A stretch of DNA of 64,000 nucleotides from an uncultured virus (IMG/VR IMGVR_UViG_3300035698_029539) (IMGVR_UViG_3300035698_029539); one strand, 5' to 3'; shown: positions 27,327 to 38,724, numbered from the stretch's first letter. Notes: generated from the sequence alone by a model not told the origin. Translations and numbers: made by a program.

Positions 27327-28340
27327 TTACTGAATTGATTTCAAAGCATTGACTATCTTTTCACAAGCATCACCATTTCCATAATGATTTCTAATAGATT
27401 CCCTTTCCAAATCAAGCTTATTCCTGATAACATCCAATCCAGCCAAGTTCGGCAATATATCTTCAGGCTCCGACAAAACGTTCCACCCGTCAATAACCGT
27501 CTCAACCCAAGCAGTAGCTTTCAGTATCGTCAGACATGGAGTTTCCAGTAAATACGCTTCCTTCTCAATTCCACCACTATCCGTAACAACAGCATCCGCA
27601 TATTTGATATAACTCAAACTTATACCATGACCCAATGGTTTTAAATCTATTACATTATCCGGCAATTCTATTCCATATTCAGCTATGCGTTTCCTCGTTC
27701 TCGGATGTAATGGCAATATAACAGCCTTTCCACATTTCTCAAAAGCATCCATTATAATACGAAACCGTCTTTCTGAATCAACATTCAGTCCACGATGCAA
27801 TGTAGCGTAAATATATCCACTATCACAATTGTAAATCTTCCTCAATTTCGGTTTCGTTTTTTGAAGCAAATCATTCATTATATCCCCAACAAAATAATTT
27901 CCAGCCAGCAGTCCCTCCATCTCCAAATTTTTCACAGCCGTCTTCGTTGGACATAATCTTATATCGCATAAATGGTCTAATATCATCCTTATTATCTCTT
28001 CAACTAAACTAAAGTCTCCAGCCCTCACGCCAGCCTCAACATGACACGTTTTATACTTACACGAACTTATATATCCCAATGCCGATGAAAACGTATCACC
28101 ATAAAGCAAAATAAAGTCAGGATTGAAATCGTCAACTATTTTTCGCATTTCAGGAATATTTTTGGTCGTGTGATGAACATCTATCCCCAATTCTTTGATA
28201 AATATTTTACTCATGTCATGGTCATAATGCTGACCAGTATCCAAATTCAAATATTCTATATCATCACGTCGCAAAATATCTAATATCGCACCAACTTTAA
28301 TATATTGCGGCCTCGTACCAAAAATATTACAAATTTTCAT
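27327..28340 (-). CDS. wecB: UDP-N-acetylglucosamine 2-epimerase
   Basis: GTRPQYIK, TGQHYD, GDT, HVEAG, TLHR, HPRT, TDSGG..KEA. Confidence 0.93.
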   Translation of the reverse strand: MKICNIFGTRPQYIKVGAILDILRRDDIEYLNLDTGQHYDHDMSKIFIKELGIDVHHTTKNIPEMRKIVDDFNPDFILLYGDTFSSALGYISSCKYKTCHVEAGVRAGDFSLVEEIIRMILDHLCDIRLCPTKTAVKNLEMEGLLAGNYFVGDIMNDLLQKTKPKLRKIYNCDSGYIYATLHRGLNVDSERRFRIIMDAFEKCGKAVILPLHPRTRKRIAEYGIELPDNVIDLKPLGHGISLSYIKYADAVVTDSGGIEKEAYLLETPCLTILKATAWVETVIDGWNVLSEPEDILPNLAGLDVIRNKLDLERESIRNHYGNGDACEKIVNALKSIQ

Positions 28341-28384
28341 ATATGAAATTCTTTATTACACTATATTTAAAACTTACGAAAGTA

Positions 28385-29035
28385 TCATTTATGCATCCCA
28401 CATTCTCCACCAATATTGCAAGTTCCAGCCCATCTACCACTTCGACTGTCGCCTTTGGGTATCGTAGTGCATGGCTCACACCCTACACTCGTATAGCCCA
28501 TGTCATACAAAGCGTTATAAGGTAAATCATGTTCACTTATGAAATCCAGCACTTCTTTGCCAGTCCAATTCGCCATAGGACTTATCTTCAACTTTATTCG
28601 CTCATCTCTATCATCAATTATCCTAATCCCTTTTCGCTTTTCAGTCTGATTTTTTCGTATCGCCGACATCCAGATATCGCAGCCACTTAAAATATCTTCA
28701 ATCGGAATTACCTTTCGCTCGAAACAACACCTGTACTGCTGAAACGGTTTAGTAGAGCTTTCGTTACTAATATCTATAATATTCAAATTCCATTCCCTTT
28801 TCAACCTGTCCCTCAGTTCTAAGGTCTCCATGAAATGGTATCCAGTATCAATAAAATATATCGGCATATCAGGAAATATCTTCTTAACGTGATACAAAAG
28901 AACAATACCACTATTCCCAAAAGCCGACGTCATCATCATTATCATGCCAGTATTAGAATATTCATCACGCACATATTCCAATATATCAAGCACATTACAT
29001 TCATTTTTTTTCAAACTTTTTTGCTGGAACCCCAA
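28385..29035 (-). CDS. cysH: PAPS/APS reductase
   Basis: TSAFG, IDTGYHF, CC..RKV.P, GYTSVGCEPCT, RSGRW, ECGMH. Confidence 0.9.
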   Translation of the reverse strand: MGFQQKSLKKNECNVLDILEYVRDEYSNTGMIMMMTSAFGNSGIVLLYHVKKIFPDMPIYFIDTGYHFMETLELRDRLKREWNLNIIDISNESSTKPFQQYRCCFERKVIPIEDILSGCDIWMSAIRKNQTEKRKGIRIIDDRDERIKLKISPMANWTGKEVLDFISEHDLPYNALYDMGYTSVGCEPCTTIPKGDSRSGRWAGTCNIGGECGMHK

Positions 29036-29642
29036 AATATATCCCCTCTTCTTTCAAGTCTTTTGAAACAAACGAACATGAGCCAACAACCACATTATCA
29101 ACTATTTCAAGTCCAGCACCCAATACCGTCTGAGTGCCAATGAAACAATCCTTACCAACATGTGCACCACCAACCGATTCCCTATTGTGATTCAAATTAT
29201 TCGTCATAACCTGTGGACAGATATATGTATTATCTCCAATGACACAACCTCTTGCGATTATAGAATCATATCTCAAAGTAACCTTATTTCCTATACTATT
29301 CTTTCCAGAAGATTTGGCATAACTATCAATATAACAATCATCACCCATCACAGTCTCAGGTCTCAATTCCACAAATGACCTGATTAGATTATTTTTACCA
29401 ATCCTACAACCCGGATGAATAACACAATTATTTTCAATAACAGTCCCATCACCTATTTCAACATCTCCCAAAATCGTATTGTGATGAGCTATCTTCACAC
29501 CCCTTCCTATCTTAACTTTTTCACCTATGAAATTAAAACATCCAATCTCACAGTCGCCACGAACAAAATCCAAAGCAATATAATTGCTCATATTTTTTTC
29601 ATAATTAGCATCGTATATATCATCCATCGTACTCACGCCCAA
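29001..29642 (-). CDS. Hexapeptide-repeat (left-handed beta-helix) acyltransferase
   Basis: Repeated xxIGxx hexapeptides, GIYFGVPAK end. Confidence 0.88.
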   Translation of the reverse strand: MGVSTMDDIYDANYEKNMSNYIALDFVRGDCEIGCFNFIGEKVKIGRGVKIAHHNTILGDVEIGDGTVIENNCVIHPGCRIGKNNLIRSFVELRPETVMGDDCYIDSYAKSSGKNSIGNKVTLRYDSIIARGCVIGDNTYICPQVMTNNLNHNRESVGGAHVGKDCFIGTQTVLGAGLEIVDNVVVGSCSFVSKDLKEEGIYFGVPAKKFEKK

Positions 29643-29667
29643 TGACGCTTTTTAACGGACAAAATAT

Positions 29668-30432
29668 TTAAAGCTTTGGAAATCTTGAATTATTTAATAG
29701 TGACTTTATATTCCTAAAAAAAACATATCCAATCTCACTATCAGAAAATCCCATATCACTCATACACTTATCCAAAATATATTTCTGTATTTCAAAATCG
29801 TGAAATGGTTCATCTGAACCAAAAATAAATCGTTTATACCCAATCACCCTTAGCCCCTCTTTCAACAATTTAGGATTATATACACCAGAATTATCAAAAT
29901 ATAAATTTTCATATCTCATTATATCATTTTTCTCGATGTAATCCAAAGTTTCAAAAATCAATTCTGTTGCCATACCACCCAGATGAGCAACAATAAAAGG
30001 ATTATGATATCTTTTAGCAACCGTCAGTATATGTTCAAATCGGCTTTTTTCACCACGCCCACAATGAACAAGCACAGGAATATTATATTCATCAGCTATT
30101 TTCAACAACGGCCCAAATCCATCATCGTCAATCCTCATCTGACTAATGCTCGGATGAACCTTAAAACCATAAATTATATATTTTTTCATAAACTCTGAAA
30201 TTTTATCTCCACTAATTGGATGACAAAACATAAACGGATAGATGTTTTCCATTCCGATTATCGAATCCATAAATTCAGTATTAATCTTCATACAGTCATC
30301 ATATTGTTTTACCGAAGGAATCAAAACTATTTCAGCATTGCAATATATATCATTTATATATTGTATTGTCGAGCACATGCCAATATATTCGCCCTCTTGC
30401 ACAATAAAAACATGACTGTCGATAACTCGCAT
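29668..30432 (-). CDS. Amidohydrolase_2-family TIM-barrel metallohydrolase
   Basis: IDSHV, GFKVHP, PVLVHCG, VAHLGG, IFGSDEP. Confidence 0.88.
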   Translation of the reverse strand: MRVIDSHVFIVQEGEYIGMCSTIQYINDIYCNAEIVLIPSVKQYDDCMKINTEFMDSIIGMENIYPFMFCHPISGDKISEFMKKYIIYGFKVHPSISQMRIDDDGFGPLLKIADEYNIPVLVHCGRGEKSRFEHILTVAKRYHNPFIVAHLGGMATELIFETLDYIEKNDIMRYENLYFDNSGVYNPKLLKEGLRVIGYKRFIFGSDEPFHDFEIQKYILDKCMSDMGFSDSEIGYVFFRNIKSLLNNSRFPKL

Positions 30433-30456
30433 TAACCAATTTTTTGATTTGTATCA

Positions 30457-30465
30457 TATTTAATA
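30457..30465 (-). promoter_or_regulatory. TATA box TATTAAATA
   Basis: 25 nt upstream of ATG 30432. Confidence 0.7.
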
Positions 30466-31005
30466 TTATCCATAAATGAGCAAACCAGAATCCTTGCATT
30501 TCAAGTCTTTGACATTCCCCATTACTTTGAACGGGTGACCAAATCCATAACTATTCTTTGGCACAGACTTCGTTACCAAGCTCCCCGCACCAATCAAAGC
30601 ATTATCACCTATTTTAACGCCAGCCAAAATCGTACAATTAACCCCTATTTTCACATTATCACCTATTTCCACTGGAGCAATACATTCCTTATCACAATCA
30701 CCCTCATCCCTATGTTGACACATCAATTGCCTCGTATTGGCAACAACCGTACCCATAGAAATAAAACATCCAGAGCCCACCTTCGTCATCCTGGCTAAAT
30801 GAACGCCCGAAGTAAACCTCGTATTATCACCAACAATACATTCTCCCTCCAGTCTCGAATGACTACCAATATTGCAATTCTTACCAATTCTCGAACCATT
30901 TCGGATTATGACAAAATGCCAAACATTAGTCCCCTCGCCAATCTCAACATCATCATATATTATTGCCGTTTCATCTATCATATGTATACTGAATATCCAA
31001 GTCAT
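30466..31005 (-). CDS. Sugar N-acetyltransferase (WbpD-like hexapeptide repeat)
   Basis: IGEGTNVWHF..IGKNCNIG, IGAGSLVTKSV. Confidence 0.85.
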   Translation of the reverse strand: MTWIFSIHMIDETAIIYDDVEIGEGTNVWHFVIIRNGSRIGKNCNIGSHSRLEGECIVGDNTRFTSGVHLARMTKVGSGCFISMGTVVANTRQLMCQHRDEGDCDKECIAPVEIGDNVKIGVNCTILAGVKIGDNALIGAGSLVTKSVPKNSYGFGHPFKVMGNVKDLKCKDSGLLIYG

Positions 31006-31067
31006 ATAAATAAAATTTGGATAATTTTGGATAATTTTAAATATAAATACTATTCAATGACATAAAC

Positions 31068-32120
31068 ATGATAGGAATCATAGTAGGCGCACGACCAAAT
31101 TTTATAAAAGTTGCTCCCTTATTCAAATTCATAAGAGAACATAATTTACCTAAGCCAATATTGATACATACAGGACAACACTATAACGAAATGTCGGATA
31201 TATTTTTTGATAAACTAAAACTTCCAGCACCTATCACCAATTTCAACGTAGGTTCATCATCCCATGCCATTCAAACAGCAAACATAATGATTAAATTTGA
31301 TAAATTTCTTGATGAAAACAAACTGAACAGCATTATAGTTGTAGGTGATGTCAATTCAACATTGTCATGTGCATTGACAGCTTCCAAAAGAAATATTCCA
31401 GTTATACATTTCGAAGCTGGTTCACGAACTGGAAATAAAAACACAGCAGAAGAAATCAACCGCATACTCACAGACCACCTTTCAAGTATCCTATTTGCCA
31501 CCGATATAGATGCCTATAATAATCTAATAAATGAAAATCTTCCAGATAGTAATATTCACATTGTCGGAAATATTATGGTAGATGCAATAAAAATGTTCTA
31601 TAATGATATCATATCTGCCAAAAAATTGACAACAGCATATAACTATTTTTTAATAACTTTTCACCATCCGCATAATGTAGATAACAAAAAGGCATTGAAC
31701 GAAATAGCCAGTATATTAAAAGCATTATCCAAAATTCACACAACCATATTTCCCATGCATCCTCGAACTAAAACAATGATAGAAAAATTTAATCTAACTC
31801 AACAATTCAATATACATAATTGTCATATCATATCACCTCTCGGATATTTCCAATTTCTTAAACTGCTTTCCAATGCCAAAGCAGTAATAACAGATTCAGG
31901 TTCAATACAGTGCGAATCATCATACTTTAATATTCCATGCCTCTCTGTTCGCAATGAAACCGGAATGCCAATTACAATAAGAGAAGGTACAAATCGCCTT
32001 GTAAAAAGAAACATTAATAGTATAATGGAAGCACTTTCTGAACCTCCAAAAAAACACACTATGCCCGATAAATGGGATGGTAAAACATCAGAACGCATCT
32101 GTAATATTATATGGAAGTAA
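31068..32120 (+). CDS. wecB: Second UDP-GlcNAc 2-epimerase
   Basis: GARPNFIK, HTGQHY, GDVNST, HFEAG, EEINR, TDSG; TTTAAATA 25 nt upstream. Confidence 0.92.
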   Translation: MIGIIVGARPNFIKVAPLFKFIREHNLPKPILIHTGQHYNEMSDIFFDKLKLPAPITNFNVGSSSHAIQTANIMIKFDKFLDENKLNSIIVVGDVNSTLSCALTASKRNIPVIHFEAGSRTGNKNTAEEINRILTDHLSSILFATDIDAYNNLINENLPDSNIHIVGNIMVDAIKMFYNDIISAKKLTTAYNYFLITFHHPHNVDNKKALNEIASILKALSKIHTTIFPMHPRTKTMIEKFNLTQQFNIHNCHIISPLGYFQFLKLLSNAKAVITDSGSIQCESSYFNIPCLSVRNETGMPITIREGTNRLVKRNINSIMEALSEPPKKHTMPDKWDGKTSERICNIIWK

Positions 32121-33261
32121 TACCATGAATATTTTTTATTTATCAGCATCAGACCCCAATTCGCACGGTAATATTCTCAAATTCTATTATGAAAAAATGG
32201 GATACGGCAAATATAATCAAATAAGTCGAAAACGCCCAACAAAAAAAGCCGTAGATATAACATATGAATTTTATAAAAAACCAATCATACATCTATCAAA
32301 TGGAAAAACTATCGTTGGAAATAAATCAATGGAATACATCGGCAAATTGGCAGACAGGGCTGACATTATTCATGTTGATAGACCAACAATGAATAACCTT
32401 TTTCCAAAAAACAATAAACAAAGTAATTTATATCTTCATATTATAAAAAATGGAAAAAAGATATTATGGGGAGATTATCTTAAAACCAAACCATGTGTTT
32501 TTAATTATAGAGGCTCAACACTAATGATGAACTTTGATACACCCAATATCTCAAAACTTTGGGAAACATATAAACACGCTGTCCCCATATTTTGCAATCC
32601 ACATCTATCATATTGCCTACCAAAAACAGCACAAATGCTGCCATTTTGCGGAAACGAAGAAGTGTGGAAAAATTTTCAATCGAATCCATCCACATTTTCA
32701 ATATCCCTATCAGCAACACACACACAAAAACAACATTCCAATTATCCCAAATGGCTGAACACCCAATTTGATAAATTGCCATCATTGGTAAATAAAAAAG
32801 ATTTCGCATATGGAGTCGATGGAAATACGAATTTAGCTCTATCCCAACTACCATCGTGGATACGTCAAAATAATTTTAATATAAAAATAAACAATATAGT
32901 CAACAATACATATCATCAATCATTACAAAAAATAGCACAATCATCCTGTCATTTTGACAATTTCATCGGTTTTGGAAGTTATGGATGGGGAGCAGTCGAA
33001 GCTATGTATTTTAAAAAACCCGTATTAAACGGTATATCTTATCCATTTCAAAAAAATATGGGCGAAAATCCTTTCCTGCAAACTGAAAACATGAAGACGC
33101 TTAAAGCCAACATAAAGAAAATTTATAATAGCAAATTGGAATATGAAAAGTACAAAGTAAAATCAATGTCTTTTTACGAAAAATATCACAAGCCTGAAAA
33201 TGTAATAAACAATTATCTTATCCCCATCTATGAAAAAGCATTAGACAATTTTATTGGTTAA
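32077..33261 (+). CDS. Putative GT-B glycosyltransferase (start may be ATG ~32125)
   Basis: FDNF..GSYGWGAVEAMYFKKPVL C-terminal GT-B motif. Confidence 0.65.
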   Translation: MVKHQNASVILYGSNTMNIFYLSASDPNSHGNILKFYYEKMGYGKYNQISRKRPTKKAVDITYEFYKKPIIHLSNGKTIVGNKSMEYIGKLADRADIIHVDRPTMNNLFPKNNKQSNLYLHIIKNGKKILWGDYLKTKPCVFNYRGSTLMMNFDTPNISKLWETYKHAVPIFCNPHLSYCLPKTAQMLPFCGNEEVWKNFQSNPSTFSISLSATHTQKQHSNYPKWLNTQFDKLPSLVNKKDFAYGVDGNTNLALSQLPSWIRQNNFNIKINNIVNNTYHQSLQKIAQSSCHFDNFIGFGSYGWGAVEAMYFKKPVLNGISYPFQKNMGENPFLQTENMKTLKANIKKIYNSKLEYEKYKVKSMSFYEKYHKPENVINNYLIPIYEKALDNFIG

Positions 33262-34419
33262 TATTTTAAAAAATTTATCATAATTCCTATCCGACAATTC
33301 AGGGACGTCCCCCTCAAAAGTTTCAAGATGTTCGGAATATATTTTTATAAGTTTATCCCTCAAATTTTCAGGGAGATACTTTATCTTATTTTTGTATATT
33401 TTATCGCCCCATCCATCCCCTTCAAATCCAGGTAAAAAAGTTTTAATGTCATCCCAATAATATTTACTTCCTTCTATCATAAATTCAGGATTATGTTCCA
33501 ATATATAATTGAAATGTTTCGGGTCAATGCCAGCATCTAATAGATTTCCACCATTATATAATACAAAGGCAGATATTCTCAAATATTTAGGATTATAGTA
33601 TACTCCATTCTTTAACAATCCCGGCATCATGTCCGGCCCAGGAACAGAGTGTATTTCTTTCCACCAATCCCCGTATCTTTCCATCAATATTTTCATACCA
33701 GCGCCCGGAGGAAGACACGATATTATTGAAGTCAATTTAAAATTAATTCCAAGTTTATCTATTAGATAATTTATTACCATCTGATATAACGGAGTATAGG
33801 CATAGTATCGCATATATCCATTAATATCTGTATGATGACCAACGTCAGAACCGAGTATTGTATTCCCTGCTCCAGTTATATATGACAACAATAATGGAAT
33901 TGCGATATATTGCAATCTTGGAAAACGATGATTGATTTTTATAAAATATTTTTCACATTCAATATTATACCAAGTTTTCAAAGGATTATACTTTTTTTCC
34001 GTATCGTCTTGCACATAAAATAAAACAGGTTTAATCCCTATCTCCTTTAGTAACTTATATTGTAATATGCTTTCTTTTCCACCTGTATATCCCAATAAAT
34101 ATTTATCTTTATCAGTTTTCCAATTATATGTATTTTCATTTTTATAACATAATATATTAAAATTCAAATTACGCCATATTACTTCATTTTTTATGTAACG
34201 ATACACATTTTTTGATATGGATGGTAAACAAATATGATTTATTTTATTTAATCTCATATTCCCATCCCAAGTCATTCCCAGTCCAAGTACAAGATGAAGT
34301 ATTCGTTTTGGAATTTCATCAAAATTAATATTATCACATTCAATAAAAACTTTTTCATTTCCACGCAAACAAACATGAGTAAATTCTATACGATGTTTAC
34401 CAATATTTTTTATTTGCAA
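33241..34419 (-). CDS. PP-loop-like (HUP-fold) enzyme of unknown function
   Basis: LLGYTGGKES resembles the SGGKDS loop. Confidence 0.5.
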   Translation of the reverse strand: MQIKNIGKHRIEFTHVCLRGNEKVFIECDNINFDEIPKRILHLVLGLGMTWDGNMRLNKINHICLPSISKNVYRYIKNEVIWRNLNFNILCYKNENTYNWKTDKDKYLLGYTGGKESILQYKLLKEIGIKPVLFYVQDDTEKKYNPLKTWYNIECEKYFIKINHRFPRLQYIAIPLLLSYITGAGNTILGSDVGHHTDINGYMRYYAYTPLYQMVINYLIDKLGINFKLTSIISCLPPGAGMKILMERYGDWWKEIHSVPGPDMMPGLLKNGVYYNPKYLRISAFVLYNGGNLLDAGIDPKHFNYILEHNPEFMIEGSKYYWDDIKTFLPGFEGDGWGDKIYKNKIKYLPENLRDKLIKIYSEHLETFEGDVPELSDRNYDKFFKILTNKIV

Positions 34420-35681
34420 TCAAACCCATCCTTAATCAATTCATATAATTTGCTTATTTCATTGTTCATTGTATATTTTTTTCTAACATTTTCAACATTT
34501 TTTCTTTTATCATCCAGTATATCTTTCAAATCTCTAATATTCATATTCTTATCAACTGATACCCCCACATCGTTATCAATTACGAATTCACTGGCTTTTT
34601 CAAAACAATCCATAGTAACAATTGGAATACCAGCAGCAAGATAATCAAATATCTTATTCCCCAAACCAAATTTACAAAACAAATCTCCATTGCTATTATA
34701 TACTGGTTCATATCCAAAAAATCCCGCCGTATTTTCGGAATAATAATCAAGCACTTCCGAAAATGTAAACTTTCCATGATACACATAATTATTATTTGGT
34801 ATCTCTTCATAAGTGTACCCAACGCCACTATAATGATTCAATCTAACAGATTGTGAAACTATTCTATTGAATATTTTTCTATAATCACGATATCTTCTAC
34901 GTTCTGACACACCACCATATACCAATGAATATTCTTCTGGCGCAACTTTCATTTTTTTGAAAAATTCTTTGCATGTATACAAATTCATATGTATTCCTAA
35001 CTTTTTTCCACCATAAACTTTGTTTATCCTATCAATAGCGTATTCACTCGGAGTTACCATTGCATCGCATAAATTATACAATTGATTTTCACGCCTAAAA
35101 GCTACTTCTCTTGATTTAGTTCTATTCGCAAGTGTTGCCATCGAATCATTAAAACTTTGGATTATTTTTCCTTTCATTCCTGTGCATCTCATATATTCCA
35201 ATGTTTCCCAATATTTTTGATTCACATGAAAAAACACAGTTCTCGGACTGTCAACATATTTCATAAACTTAATCAAATTAGGCGAATGTAATGGAGCATT
35301 AAATATAGAAATATTTTTCATATAATTATCTTCAAGGTCCATGCGTAATCGCCTGTTTATGTTCGCCACAGAATAAACATCTACGTCTTCATATTTTGAT
35401 AATGCTATTATCTTTTTTATTGTACTTGCAGATAAGCCATTCTGCATAAATACGACCTTCATATTATCATTATTTGCTATATATTTTTTGAAATTCTTTA
35501 TTGGAATATATTTCTTAGAAATTGTTTTTTCTATTAGCTTTTTATTTTTCCCTATCCGTCTTTTCGGTGCTATCCGTCTTTTCGGTGCTATCCGTGCTAT
35601 CGGTTTTGGTTTTGATATTTTTGCTATCGGTTTTATATCCCCATAAATTATTTTATGAGGTTTAGTCTTTTGAATACTCAT
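34410..35681 (-). CDS. GT-B (GT4-like) glycosyltransferase with basic N-terminal extension
   Basis: LVYGG, NKIFDYLAAGIPIV; K/R/P-rich leader. Confidence 0.8.
   Translation of the reverse strand: MSIQKTKPHKIIYGDIKPIAKISKPKPIARIAPKRRIAPKRRIGKNKKLIEKTISKKYIPIKNFKKYIANNDNMKVVFMQNGLSASTIKKIIALSKYEDVDVYSVANINRRLRMDLEDNYMKNISIFNAPLHSPNLIKFMKYVDSPRTVFFHVNQKYWETLEYMRCTGMKGKIIQSFNDSMATLANRTKSREVAFRRENQLYNLCDAMVTPSEYAIDRINKVYGGKKLGIHMNLYTCKEFFKKMKVAPEEYSLVYGGVSERRRYRDYRKIFNRIVSQSVRLNHYSGVGYTYEEIPNNNYVYHGKFTFSEVLDYYSENTAGFFGYEPVYNSNGDLFCKFGLGNKIFDYLAAGIPIVTMDCFEKASEFVIDNDVGVSVDKNMNIRDLKDILDDKRKNVENVRKKYTMNNEISKLYELIKDGFDCK
35552..35595. repeat. 18-bp in-frame tandem repeat encoding RIAPKR
   Basis: ctatccgtcttttcggtg twice plus a partial copy. 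Confidence 0.85.
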
Positions 35682-35682
35682 T

Positions 35683-36345
35683 TTATCTCCTCACTCCACT
35701 CACAATATAAAAACAATAAGTACGCTTTTTGAAATGTCTATTTCCCTTATTATTTATCTCATTAAATCTTACTTTTATAAAACTAATAGCCCTAATTCTA
35801 TCCAAAAATTTACCATATCTCTTTAACACATCTTTCATTTCTGAAAACCATCTAACATGACCAGATGCAGGATAATTTGGTACTGAAAAAACAACTAATT
35901 TTCCAGATGGTATTCTCTTAATTATATTTATATCATTCTTCAAATGCTCTAACGTTTCACACAAAACAACTATATCATAATCCTTTTTTACTATTTTTGA
36001 AATGTTCTTTTCTATATCATCGCAATATAATTCATATCTTTTATTATCTTTATTTTTTAATATGTTTCTTGCCAAAGAAATCGCTTTCTTTGAAAAATCA
36101 ATACCAATATATCTATATCCTCTGCTTAATGCCATATGACCAAACTGACCAGTGCCACAACCCAAATCTAATATTTTGACCCTTTTTATCCCTTTCTTTT
36201 TTTTATGTTTTTTTAAAAGTTGAAAAATCTCATGCCACAGTGAAAAATATCGGGAATGCATCGGCATTTTATGATATTCAACTTTTTCATTATATCCAAT
36301 ATCATAATTCACACTATTCTTATATTTCGTTTTATCTACATTCAT
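35683..36345 (-). CDS. Class I SAM-dependent methyltransferase
   Basis: ILDLGCGTG, GIDFS, YDIVVLCETLEHL. Confidence 0.9.
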   Translation of the reverse strand: MNVDKTKYKNSVNYDIGYNEKVEYHKMPMHSRYFSLWHEIFQLLKKHKKKKGIKRVKILDLGCGTGQFGHMALSRGYRYIGIDFSKKAISLARNILKNKDNKRYELYCDDIEKNISKIVKKDYDIVVLCETLEHLKNDINIIKRIPSGKLVVFSVPNYPASGHVRWFSEMKDVLKRYGKFLDRIRAISFIKVRFNEINNKGNRHFKKRTYCFYIVSGVRR

Positions 36346-36348
36346 ATA

Positions 36349-37176
36349 TCATTCACCTACTCTCTGCGAATCCAAGTTTCCTGGGCCAGTTAGATTTTTC
36401 TTTGAACCAATATTTAATTTATTATTTACCTTTTTACAGGCACTCCTTATATTTCTATTGCCCACACATACCCCACAAAAATCCCAATTATATTTATCAT
36501 CTATCTTTTCAAAATAACTAACAAAATCACCGCCATCAACTGGCATCAATAAATCGCCAAATGTTTCACTTTTATTTTCAGGAGGTAAAAATCCCATAGT
36601 CCTAACTGGACTACAAAAACTAATCTGACCATTAAATAACGTCACCCCAACACAACCGCATTTCGCAGGAAGTGAATTTTCAATCGGTGCATTCGGTGTA
36701 ACACTTCTATATTTTGTATTTTTCAAAATAGTTACTTTGTGTTCACTTAGAAATACACTTTTAAAATATTCAATATTCTTTTCATTCCCATAATATGAAG
36801 AAAGACTAAATGATGATGGCTCGGTAAGATAATTTAATACTTTTTCTACTAAGTCATGGTTTTCTTTTGTTATTGACAATCCATTTGTAACTATATGTAT
36901 ATCATCGCAAATACCTGACTCTTTTATCATTTTCATACCTAAAATGATATTATCCCATAAAAAAGGCTCGCCACCTATTAAACTTACAATATCATAATGA
37001 TAATCAAATTTTTTGGAGCAATCAATCAACTTTTCAACCTCATTCATGCTCATTTGATAAGGTGCATCTTTATGGTAACTCATCCACGGTATCACACTAC
37101 AATAAGTGCAACCACCATCACATTCAGTCGTAACCAACATTTTCATTCGTTTTATTTGTTTCATTTGTACCACCAA
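36349..37176 (-). CDS. Radical SAM protein
   Basis: CDGGCTYC, GGEP, IVTNG, C-terminal Cys cluster. Confidence 0.88.
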   Translation of the reverse strand: MVVQMKQIKRMKMLVTTECDGGCTYCSVIPWMSYHKDAPYQMSMNEVEKLIDCSKKFDYHYDIVSLIGGEPFLWDNIILGMKMIKESGICDDIHIVTNGLSITKENHDLVEKVLNYLTEPSSFSLSSYYGNEKNIEYFKSVFLSEHKVTILKNTKYRSVTPNAPIENSLPAKCGCVGVTLFNGQISFCSPVRTMGFLPPENKSETFGDLLMPVDGGDFVSYFEKIDDKYNWDFCGVCVGNRNIRSACKKVNNKLNIGSKKNLTGPGNLDSQRVGE

Positions 37177-38191
37177 TATTATCCACTATATTAACAAAAG
37201 AATCCATATTATGATTTTTCAATATCATTTCCTTGCATTTACTTGCTATCGTTTCTCGCTCATCTTCATGTTTTATATAATATAAAATTTTATCTTTCAA
37301 CATCTCTATATTTTTTATTTCACAAATTGTTACTCCATCAATAAAAACATCTTCTTCCTTATATGGTATTTCACCCATCAGCATCGCTCCACAAACAGCC
37401 CCCTCAAGATATTTCTGAACCATAACGTCCCGCCCAGAACCATCAACAATAAATATTTTGCATCTGTTTAATATGTTGATATATTCTTCATCAAAAAAAT
37501 TACCTACCCTTATATTTATATTAATATTCTCCAAAATCTTTTTTATTTTAATCCTTTTCTTGTGGTATTTGTATTTTTCCCCAATGGAACATACTAATGC
37601 AATATCAATATCACGTTCAAAACTTCCACAATATCTCTCATCTATACACCACGGCGCATATATTATTTTTGAATTTTTATAATTCACATCTATAAAATTA
37701 CCCAATGCTTTCACATCTTTATGACCCTCACGCATTCTCACTACAAAAAAATCAATATTCATATCTCTGATTGATTTGAATTTTGAATCATTTAGCATTT
37801 TTTTTATCTTTTTACTTTTAATCATCCACATGCTATTTTTTTTCTTATTCTTATATTCGCAATATCCAATTTTTTTTCTAAATGTATCTATCGTATCCAA
37901 TCTTCTCAAAAATGATGAATTATCGACTACATCTATAATTATTTTAATATCCTTACCAGCCAAATATTTATCTAAATTAATTAATCCTTTTCCTTTGTTA
38001 AAACCAATCCATAAATAATTCGGCATTTTTCCATCTAATCTTTCATTAATTATATCCTCAACAGACATATCAACCCTAAAATCTATTATAACATCAAAAA
38101 CTTTCGATTTCTCTTTCAAATAATCAAAAGCATATTTCCCCCAAACAGCCCTATGTCTATCCCCACTTATTACCAACATAGTAGGATTCAA
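37124..38191 (-). CDS. Glycosyltransferase (Glyco_trans_1_2/CgeB-like)
   Basis: YINILNRCKI, KYLEGAVCGAML, YYIKHEDERETIA. Confidence 0.75.
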   Translation of the reverse strand: MNPTMLVISGDRHRAVWGKYAFDYLKEKSKVFDVIIDFRVDMSVEDIINERLDGKMPNYLWIGFNKGKGLINLDKYLAGKDIKIIIDVVDNSSFLRRLDTIDTFRKKIGYCEYKNKKKNSMWMIKSKKIKKMLNDSKFKSIRDMNIDFFVVRMREGHKDVKALGNFIDVNYKNSKIIYAPWCIDERYCGSFERDIDIALVCSIGEKYKYHKKRIKIKKILENININIRVGNFFDEEYINILNRCKIFIVDGSGRDVMVQKYLEGAVCGAMLMGEIPYKEEDVFIDGVTICEIKNIEMLKDKILYYIKHEDERETIASKCKEMILKNHNMDSFVNIVDNIGGTNETNKTNENVGYD

Positions 38192-38724
38192 TCATTACAC
38201 CTCTTCCATGCCAATATGTTACTTCCATTCATATTCTTTTCGCCCAAACACGATACCTCAAATCCTATCTTCCTAAAATCATCATCATAAAAAGCAGAAA
38301 TATTGGGATATTTTTGTTTCTTTAAAAATTTCTTACTGTTGTAATTATATGCCCCCCACGGACACATCATAATACATAATTTATCGCATATATCAAATAA
38401 TTCAAATATTAATTTTTGAAACTGCTCTTTTTTTATTGTTTCAGGTCCATGCGACCAAAAAATCACATCATATTTTTCATTAACCAAATCCGCTATGTTG
38501 ATTACGTTTTCACAGAAAACATTTCTTATCCACGGCAAAGTCCGTAAATAATCACAATCGCCAGCATCAATCTCCAGAACATCAACTATATTAAAATGCT
38601 TTTTCAACTTATCTTTAAAATGAAATCTCTTTTCATTAGCACCAATATACAAAACCGACTTGAATGTCCAAACTTCAGGCACATGTTCTTCCAATTGCTT
38701 CAATCTATCATATTGCCATGTCAT
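38188..38724 (-). CDS. Methyltransferase-like protein
   Basis: SVLYIGA, LEID, YDVIFWSHGPE. Confidence 0.65.
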   Translation of the reverse strand: MTWQYDRLKQLEEHVPEVWTFKSVLYIGANEKRFHFKDKLKKHFNIVDVLEIDAGDCDYLRTLPWIRNVFCENVINIADLVNEKYDVIFWSHGPETIKKEQFQKLIFELFDICDKLCIMMCPWGAYNYNSKKFLKKQKYPNISAFYDDDFRKIGFEVSCLGEKNMNGSNILAWKRCND